DNA from: Naegleria gruberi
Lineage: Eukaryota
Strand: one strand, 5' to 3'
DNA: 64,000 nucleotides
Assembly: GCA_000004985.1 (NCBI GenBank)
Contig: GG738853.1
Both the position numbers and the translations under genes were made by a program. How positions within the stretch are numbered: the stretch's first letter is position 1; each line of letters begins with the position of its first letter. Positions 54,901 through 64,000 of this stretch are shown here, piece after piece. The notes beneath the pieces are model-generated. The model saw only the letters and a list, made by a program, of their open reading frames with translations. It ran no database searches and was not told where the DNA came from.

Positions 54901-57900
54901 GCTGCTTTGGTGACTGTCAAGAACATGACGGCCTTCTCTCTTGTAACTGTCTTTGACAAGGTATCCAAATCTAATGTGCCACTAGCAATATTTGAAAGAC
55001 CACCAGCAAGTGCTTGATAATCCTCTTGTTCTGAAAGACTGAGAGTAAGACTTGGTGACTCTCCAATCAAACTACTAGTGAGTGGACGAAGCTTTGGCCT
55101 AGAAGAAGGTAATAATACACTCGAAGAGGTATCCTTTTCAGTAAAGTTCTCCAAGTTTTGTGAAATCAAATCATACATAAAGTTTCTGTTGGAAATTACA
55201 TTGTCCCAAGTATTCATATCATCAATGTAGGAACTTGGATATCTTGATCTCCAATCCTTCAACATTCTAATAAGATTCTTTGATTTAGCATCTGATTGGT
55301 TTTGCCATAATTGAATAAATTCTTCCATTTCTACAAGAGGTTGAAGTCTTTGGAGATGAAGATGTCTTCCAGTCTTGGCAAGTGGTGATAAAGTACTCCA
55401 AGACATTAAGAATTCGGCATAACTATCTACAACATAGGACTTGGCCTTTTCATATTGATGTGTGAATAAGGACAAGTTTGCCAATTTGTTGCTATACTTG
55501 GTTTCTAAAATTTCTCTCTTTACATTTGATGACATGGATTCTTCAATAAATGTCTTGAGAGATGACCATTTGTCCTTTTGTTTGAGATTACTATCCAAAT
55601 ACAAGGAAAGTAAATTTTCGTTCAATTCTGATGCCTCCCAAATCTTTTGATTGAGAAGTTGTTCAGATTCAGACTTGGTTCTCTTTTGCACTTCGGAAAG
55701 AACTTCTTGCAAGACCAAGTCCCAAGAATTCATCTTCTTGAGACATTCCAATTTTTGTGTTCTCCAAAATTCAACTTCCTCTTCAATTGGAGGTGTGTCG
55801 TGAGTTTGCCAACCAGAATCCCATTGATCTACACCTTGACTGTATATCTTCAAAGCACTATTATATCTGCCATCGAGTTCATCTGAAAGTGCCTTTTTGG
55901 TATTTTCTTGTTGGGCTACATGGTATTCGAAAATGGAACGAATAACATCTTGTTCATCAATGGCCTTGTACAATTTACCAAGTTCTATCCAAGCATCTAT
56001 GTAAGGTCTCATATCATCTTGTCCAGCAATGTTCTCATCTTCCATGGCTGTAGTCTCAATAAGATTATTTTCAATGAGATGTTCCAACAATAAAATACCC
56101 AATTCAACATTGTGGCTCTGCATACTGACCGAGCGAATAAGTTTAGGAGTGAGAATATTGTTCTTAGGTTGTTGAAGATCTTCAGTATCCAAAATAACAG
56201 AAAGCAATGCAGAAACCAGAAGGGAACTATCTGGTGATTTCTTCAACATTTGTTGCAAGTTTGTGTGAATGCTATGCTTGAGTGGTTCTGATTGTTTTTC
56301 TGAGAGTTTTTCCATGTTAGGATAGAGTGAAGTAAATACTGACACAAACAAGTGTCTAGCCAATGATACATCATAAATACACAATGCTTGCAGAGGTGTA
56401 ATAATTTCCTTCAAAGAAATTTGAATGTCAGGCAATTCTCCTGTTCTGTACTTTCTGTACATGGTAATTCTATTCTTCTTGGCAATCTTTTGACGTGTTT
56501 CCCAAGCTTCTTTTTCCTTCTTGATACGTACAGCTCTTCTTGCTTGATATTGTGTCATGGTTGTTTCTTTCAGTTTCAAGAATCTTCTTCTGAGATATGG
56601 TGTTTGGAAATCGTCAGATGAAGAACCTTCTCCACCACTTGTAGATGAGGTACCTTGTTGTTCATTTCCACTACTAGTACTATTACTATTATTAGAAACT
56701 GTCTTGAAAGGAGTGAATAATAAAGAAGTTTGACTCAAACTTGGTGCAGACAAAATATCTTTCAATGTCTCAGAGTACATTGTTGGTGTGAATTGAGGAG
56801 TCTGAGTAGCTTTTACCATACCAAAGGCAGGAAGTTGTGGATTAGACCACCAGATTGAGATAAGCTCATAGTATTGTAAGGATCTTCAAGAGCTAAAGAT
56901 TCATATGGAAGTGAAGCATAGCTTTGCAATGAACTTGAACCTTTTCTGCCTCCTTGAGAGCTGAGAACAATCGAGGTGGCTGTGAGAGGTAAACTCTTGT
57001 GTTGCCAACTTGTATCAATCTTGTATTCCTTGAAAACACAATTAGACAAACTTTCAGAGAAAATGGCATTGGCATCAGAAAAGTCTGGAGAACGGTGCAA
57101 TAATTGTAGCAACAAGTAAGAACTGAATTGAAGCCACTTGTCTCCAAGATTATTAGAGTAAAGCAAGGAGAATGTTTGTTCCAAACGTTTCAAACTTTCA
57201 TTGGAAAGTCTAGATTCATGATCCCAAAAGTGGAGCATCTTCTTTCTAATATCCTCTGAAATGTCATTCATAGCCTTGATAAGCTCAGTTCTAATGACTT
57301 CTTCTCCTCTGAACTCTGTAGGTTTGTTATCGAAAAGCCAAATCAAAATATCATAGTACTTTTCACGACATGGTTCGGAGAAGGTACTAAACATTTGAAC
57401 ATCACTAGTATTGATGTATTGAGTCATAATTTCCATAAAGTGCATTATATCAGATTTGTTAATGGTCTTTAACAATTGATAAATGATTTGAAGAGTAAGC
57501 AATTGAGTTGGTTCGTCCTTGTGTTGAAGGTTTTGTCTCAAGAATGGTTTCAAAGAAGTGTACAAATCTGGAACAAATTCTGCTCTCCATGTAATAAGTT
57601 GGAGAGCAATCTTCTTATAAACACCATACAAGTTTGGTAAAATGTCCAATATCTTGGAAGGCAAGAAGTGATCAATGAATGCAGTATCATGGATACCAAT
57701 CTTGTAGAGACAATTCAAGAATCTGTCATATTGCATTTTTTGTAAGAATGAAGAACAAGTTGCAAGCAATAATCTTTCGAATGTGACAACACTTTCGTTG
57801 GTATTGGCAAGTTTTGAAAGACTCTTGAGAATCATACCACAAATTTCAGAAGCAGCCTCATAGACATCCTTGTTTTTGAATGATATATTTTCCAAAATCT

Positions 57901-60900
57901 TTTCATAGAACTTTTCCTCTGTGATAATGGTTGAGTCTGTTGTTGCATCAAAAACAGGAATATCATTAGCCAACAAGATACCCAAAAGTTGAAGACCAGT
58001 CGTTCTGGCAAGCTTGGCTGTAGACTTGTTTTCATCGTGACAAATCCAACCAAGAATGATTGACTTGTTAATAGTTAAACTATCCTTCCACTTTTCAACA
58101 ATAAGTTTGACAAGTTCCAAGTTGGATCTGAGTACTACCTTCTTTTGATGAGCACAATTCTTAAACATGAAAGCAAGTAGTCTAGAAACTAGTTCCTTTC
58201 CTTGAGTGGATTTACTTGGTGAAACATCCTTCCACTTTAAGAGTAAAATTATTAAATCTCTAATGAAATAGGTGATACCCTTAGAGGAAAGATCTTCATT
58301 CTTCTTTTGGTCATCCTCTTCCTTCATAATAAATTTAATAATTGGCTCGAAGAAATACTTGGAAAATGGTTCAAATATAGTTGGTCTATTTGTGATAATC
58401 TTGCAGAGGAAGAGCTTGATATTTCTGTGAGTTTCGTCATTATTTAACTTTTTGTGCATTTCAGCCATCCAGGAAGGCATTGCAGAGTTTGCTGCTGCCT
58501 TATCAGAACCAACAGGATATTTGAATATGGAAACCATATGGTCAACAGTTCTCAAAATTGAAGCCATACATGGATTAGTGTTCACTTCATCCATTTCTAG
58601 AGTAGAACTGTTATCAACATTTGGTGTCTTTTCACTTTCCTTAGATTCATCTTCAGATGATTTGGTTACTTCCTCAGAATATTTGGAACCAGGAATGAAA
58701 AAGCTTCCTGCAAATGGCATGCTTGAGGAGAGTGAACTATCCGATAAATATTGTGAAGAGAGATAGCCAATTCTCAATTCACCAGCTTTTCTTTTACCAT
58801 TATCAGAAGTTGGCTGATTAGAGTCAATTCTAAGTTCATCAACAGCTTTTCTATGGAAGGCAAAGTTCGTTTCAATTTCAAACTTATATTCACGATTGGT
58901 ATCGATAATATTTTCCCACAAATCTTCTTCTTTTTCTTTGAAAAGGAAACCAGTGTAGAACTTTTCTTGTGTTTGGGTACATTTTACACCACCAGCCAAT
59001 ACATTAAAGGCACTTGTTCTAAAGTCCAACAATAATTCATAACCCAAAACCTTGTACTCTTGGTCAGATGGTTTCCAGGAACGAGCAGCAAAGCTTGATC
59101 TCATAACCTTTTCTGTGAGTTCCTTGCCAGTTAATTGACCACTACCGGATGATTGCTTTTCACAATACTTGTTGTTAATATATTCCTTTACAGCAGAAGC
59201 AGGCAATAAACGATACATTGCTTCCAATAAATTATAACAACATGTTCTAGTTACAAATAGAGCACGAACAGAATCAGCTTCCAATTCTTCAATATTTGGA
59301 TTAGATATAGTTTCGCTGAGAGCAGTTGGTTTAGCAATAGACTTCATTAATTTCTGAATATTGTCTTCAAAGAATTGTACAAGACCTCTTTCAGGCATAT
59401 GAGTCAAACAAGTGAGACATACCCACTGTATGATTTGTCTTCTAATATCTATTGGCAAACTTTCCTTATAGAATGTTTCTAAACAAATATTGGCAGACTT
59501 TAACCGCTTTTCATCAGTGAATTTTCCAAACAACACCTTTAAGGCATTGGTCATCTTTTCTTGGAGTGGATGGTTCTTCCATCTGAAAAGAGGTAATACC
59601 TGTTCTAAAAAGTCAACACTATCAGAAGATTGAACAGCATAGAGCAAGTCTTCAAGCAAGGAAATGTGATCATCATATTCACTAGTCTCTGGCTCTATTT
59701 CTTCATAATTGAGTGGGAACTCATTAATAACAATAGACTTGACTTGTCTAAGGATCGAATTAAGTTCCTCAGGTAATTTTCCTTGTGTTTCAGGTTGAGC
59801 AGCTGAATGTTTAAATAAAATAGGTAAAATTCTAATAGCTCTCAACTTTAAGTCAAAGAGACCAAAGGTAGCTTCATCGTTATCATTTCTTGATGTAGCA
59901 TCATCTCTCTTGATTCTCAAACAAGCAAGTAAGAAGTCAATGATAGCATTTTGATAGACACCATGTTGGAGGATGCATGAAGACTCAATGTTGAACAATC
60001 TTTCAATTAGGGACATAGTTTTAAGTTTAAAGTCATCATCAATATTTCCTCCACATTTTTCCAATACTGGTTGTGAGCAATCCAATATTTGAATAACAAA
60101 CATTGTCTTTTTCTCCTTTTTAGATAGGGATAACCTCATAAACTTTAAGCTTACACTCAACAAGACGTCAAATAAAAAGTGATGGTTAAACTCGTTTTCT
60201 TGGTCACGTTTGTTGGAATTAGAAATGCTTGCTATTCTGCCTATAATCAACCTGGCAAATTGGTCCATATGTTCAGAAATATAGTTATCAATTTCTGACT
60301 GGAATGTTTTGTAGAAAAGGGCGCCTTTTGTACTTGGTTTTACTCTGTGAATTGCATTTCTTGATCTGTCTCCTTCATCACCTGCTACTTGATAAGAATT
60401 ATCAATTTGTGATAACTTCTTTGAAAGTACACTCTCACCTGATGAGGTAGGATCAGATGTAGTAACATAGTTCAAAATACTTTCGGCCCAATCCAAAATC
60501 AAAGCATAATTGCAACAACTCCTTTGATATAATGACATTGACTGGTCCCATAAGAGAATCGAAATTTTCAGTGAATAACTTATTTGAAATAACATTAGCA
60601 AATACTTTTCTAGAAGAATAATTTGGAAGGAATGAAGAGTCATCAATAAATTCCAATCTACTTAATAACCTAATACCTCTAAATAAGAAAGTATAGTCAT
60701 CCATGTTCATCCTGGAAGACTTCTTGAAATCCAATCCAGTAATATACCTCTGGACATACAATCCAAGAATTTCATTCAAAATTTTCCTAGTTCTGGTCAT
60801 AACAGTTTGTCCAATAGACTTGGATTGTTTGGCATAATTTGTAATACCTTCGAAAATCTTTCTAGTATATCTTGGAAGTATTGTTTGTACATCTTCATTG

Positions 60901-63900
60901 TTTGTATTGAAGCCTTGTTTTCCTGGAGCTAAAATGCACATTATGAGCAACTTGATAAACTTGTCAGTTTCCATAATGCTTTCATTTCCATTCACCTTTT
61001 GTCCAGTCAATGTACTTGGATACTTGTCGAGGATAAGACCAATAAAGTTAAGTAATCTGAAGGTTGTAGATGTCTTTCTGTTGACAAACTTTTCACTATC
61101 CAATGTATTAATAATCAGGAAACAATCACTTGGCTTCTTCAAAGCAAATTTCTCAATAAAGTGATAGATATGACTCATGATGGAACAAGAATAAGAGGAG
61201 ACATATTCCTCTTCTCCGTCATCTTTACCTTTCACATCTTCGTCCTCATCCAACATTGGATCAGAGGTACTCTCAACTTTTCTCTTCTTATAATTGGCAA
61301 GTCTACCACCAGAGGAACTTGATCTCTTGTTCTCGCTCTCAATTTCATCGTGTTCCTTTTCCAAGTTGAACAATTGGTGAGGGTAGAGGAATTTGTGATT
61401 GAAGAGCCAATACAAACAGTCAAATGATGCTTCTAGCTTTTGTAACCAAATCATAACTTGTTCAAAGTATGAAATATCTGTAGCAGTTGTCAAAGTATTC
61501 TTCACATTCTTCTTTTCCTCTTTCTCTGATTTGACCTTAATAGAAGATGAATAAGAAGGAATTAAAGAGGAAGGAACATCAACAACCTTAAGTACACTGG
61601 ACTCATCAGCCTTGAATTTAGCATGGATCCATCTTCTTGGACCATCATCTGAATCAAAACCAGGAAGGAGCATACATAATGTTGGGAATAGCTTCATACA
61701 TTGCTCACGACAAATTCGTTCTCCATTGCCACATTGCATAAATATCCAATCAACTGCATGTGCAAGTGTAACATGTATTCTTCTATCGTTTTCCTTGATT
61801 AATAAATGTGATTTGGCAACAATAATTCTTTCAATGTGATCTATGAGTTGAATAGTCTTTTCTACTAAACCTAGAGAATTTTCTGAACTTTTCTGGTCTA
61901 ATGAAGATGCCTCGTTATCTACAATCTTTAAACTCACAATAACATTGTGTAACCAATCTAAAACGTGTCTCTGGACAAGTGAATCCACTTCTCTGAAACT
62001 CTTGTACATACTATTGAAAGCCATAATGGCACCCAAACGTTTAAACAAATTAGGATGGTGAATGTTACTGTACAATCTTTGGAAAAGAGACTTGACATTA
62101 ATAAATTTGCCATCCTTATCATGTTTAACAGACCACTTGAGGAATTCATTCAAAAGTAATGAGCATTGATCTCTCAAGGCACCATCAGTAGTCTCTGACA
62201 TGGAGTCAATAATAGCATCGAGGAGAGCCATTGTTTCCTTATTTTCATATTGCATGTTTTGGGTAAGCCAATGGACTAATTGGAATATTAAAGGTTCGAA
62301 CAATTGTTTAGTCACTTGTTCAGTATCCACAGATAATCTTAAAAGAACAGGGAAGATCTTTTCGTAAATCTTAAAGTATGGTGTTGGATCAGTGGAAACA
62401 ACAATGGTAGTGGCATCTTCATCATTGGTATTATTATCTTGTTTTTTCCTCTTTTCGTCTTCTTCTGCCTGCTTTAATTGGATTTCTTGTGCTCTTTGTC
62501 TTGCTTGTGGACTGTAAGCATTCTTACCAACCATGTACAGGACAAGAGAGTGCAAGAACTCACAAGCCGCAATCTTTGTTTGACGATCACTAGACTTTTC
62601 AGCCAATTCAGTAATTCTTGGGAGAATGGAATCAAAGTACAGCTCTAATTTAACATCACGGAATGGCATTGAAAACTTAACCCTTTGCTCAGTGTCCCAT
62701 CTAATGATATTTTCATCAGCTTCTTTCTCAGAGGCAGAGTTCAAGATAAGAATATTATCACCACCAATTTTACCCAGTAATCTGATAACTCCCAATTGTA
62801 CTTTTCCAAGTGGAGTTTGATCAGAAGATGACTTGTTTTGTGATTTAGACTTGTCATCATTAATCTTTCTTATAGAGTTCTTTGTTTGTCCTTTTAATAA
62901 TTTCTTCACATCCACTACATCAGAATCAGCTCCAGAATTCTCCTCTCCAATACCAACAGAAGAGTTATGTTTAACCATAAGATATGGATTCAACTTTGGT
63001 AAGACCTTTGGTAAACATTTCTCTGTAATTTCCTTCTTTGGCAAAACTTTAATCCAATGCTCTAGTGCTTTTAGGCCAATATCAGCAAGAGGCAAATAGC
63101 TAAGACCTAGTTCGAATGAGAGCTGAAGTGGATGTACAAAGTATCTCAAATCAATGAAATTCCTTGGCATTGAAAGTACAAATTTGATACAACTGGTGAG
63201 TAAATCTCCTTTAAATTCATGAAGTCTCTGAATCACATTTTCTTTTACAAATTTGAGTAAGTATTGGAAACAAGTGACTCTAGTATTATAGTCTACTGTG
63301 AAGAGCTTTCTTATTAAAACTTCATCATCTCGACTTGCTCCTCTTCTATTGGAGTATCATCTAACATGGATTGTGATTCTTGTTTGATTATTCTATCCTT
63401 TGTGAAAATGCTCTTCTCGTTAATATCCTCAAAGTATTCATACCTGTCACTAATCCTCATAGCAACTGAGAGTAGTTTATAAAAACCACTAATATATGAA
63501 TATTGAGTAGACTTTTCAATTAAAAGTTTTGAAAATATATAGTTCCATCTAATAAAGTGTTTTGGTTTGCACTTTTTCATGAATAGCTTGGTGAATTCGA
63601 TCAAATTTAAGAAAAGTTCCATATCTTTAGCATTGGATGGTATGAGAGCATCTTGAATCATTTCAGCAGAAACCTCAACTGGAGTAGAACCAGCTTGGTT
63701 ACTAATATTATTAACATTTGTACATCTTAGATCAAATTTAGAAATCATTTGCATAATTACTTCTATAATCTTGTCATAAACAAGAGAATGTAAATGTTCA
63801 ATTACTTCCTCAGAAAAAGATAAATCAATCCAAGGATAGTTCCATTCTCCCAATTTGATAGTCTTTGGATTCAAAATATTATACCACAAGTCCAAATATT

Positions 63901-64000
63901 CTTCATAGAGAGAAACTGGTTGATCCATATCCAAATTCACATCATTAGTGGAAACCATACTATTTACAGAGGATATTGTCAAGGTCATACTTTGGAAAAT
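51921..64000 (-). CDS. dnapkcs: DNA-dependent protein kinase catalytic subunit (DNA-PKcs, PIKK family). The 3' end is at 51921. The gene runs off the window at 64000, with the N-terminal exon(s) beyond it. At least four coding segments (51921-56809, ~56851-60479, ~60520-63236(+), 63314-63988) are separated by short introns or frame breaks.
   Basis: About 4,060 aa of contiguous same-strand ORFs (1632 + 1277 + 927 + 224 aa). The C-terminal segment has the PI3K/PI4K kinase motifs (DLRQDQRIQQLFHVMN ... [29 protein letters not shown]) and a FATC tail ending ...LIDMATDVKILGRTYIGWGAQF, characteristic of DNA-PKcs. Candidate GT-AG introns of 41 nt (~56810-56850) and 40 nt (~60480-60519) restore the frame. 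The 63237-63313 junction is unresolved. Confidence 0.8.

Noticed and set aside
1-64000. Prokaryote-style systems (CRISPR arrays, operons, restriction-modification or toxin-antitoxin cassettes) that the prompt invites.
   Set aside because: The window is unambiguously eukaryotic, with a telomere, spliceosomal introns and a tRNA with a Pol III terminator. No short spaced direct-repeat arrays or co-oriented gene blocks of that kind were seen.

Overview
This window is the left end of a eukaryotic chromosome or contig. It is AT-rich, with GT-AG introns of about 40-120 nt and Asn/Gln/Ser-rich low-complexity tracts in proteins. That looks like a social-amoeba-like amoebozoan, but the taxon is my inference only. 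The first ~400 bp are a (CCCAAA)n telomere tract, roughly 65 units, with the G-strand running outward. It is followed by a tandemly repeated ~3-kb subtelomeric unit (at least 2.5 copies) that is interrupted by a 1,194-bp run of N (scaffold gap). Each unit begins with a short interstitial telomere-like block. Inside the array, three subtelomeric sequences lead into a protein-kinase gene that appears to be a pseudogene. It is split by a 702-bp non-autonomous TIR element with perfect 10-bp inverted repeats and an 8-bp target-site duplication. Deleting the element plus one duplication copy in silico restores the kinase reading frame exactly. A second 19-bp frame-breaking insertion lies further downstream. 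From ~10.6 kb onward the window is ordinary gene-dense euchromatin: an F-box/Ras-like GTPase fusion with CaaX; a 7TM-RGS receptor; a 3-exon thioredoxin protein with two lectin-like repeats; a 2,322-aa single-pass EGF/GPS adhesion-type protein; a single-TM receptor with a degenerate class-III cyclase domain; an elongator tRNA-Met; an EF-hand plus fascin-like repeat protein; an F-box protein; two ankyrin-repeat proteins; a MAPEG/MGST-like protein; a bacterial/phage 'tail-collar' domain protein that is a horizontal-transfer candidate; an NHL-propeller plus tenascin-EGF surface protein; a 3-exon OXA1/YidC insertase; a 1,776-aa polytopic PAS-adenylyl cyclase; an M20 aminoacylase-like peptidase; and a >12-kb DNA-PKcs gene that runs off the window. 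No prokaryotic-style systems (CRISPR, operons) are present. The items most worth follow-up are the transposon insertion, the chromosome-end architecture, the tail-collar gene, the two cyclase-family genes, and a structured, possibly non-coding region with U12-snRNA-like motifs upstream of the cyclase gene. Coordinates I derived by hand (introns, element ends) may be off by ±1-2 nt.
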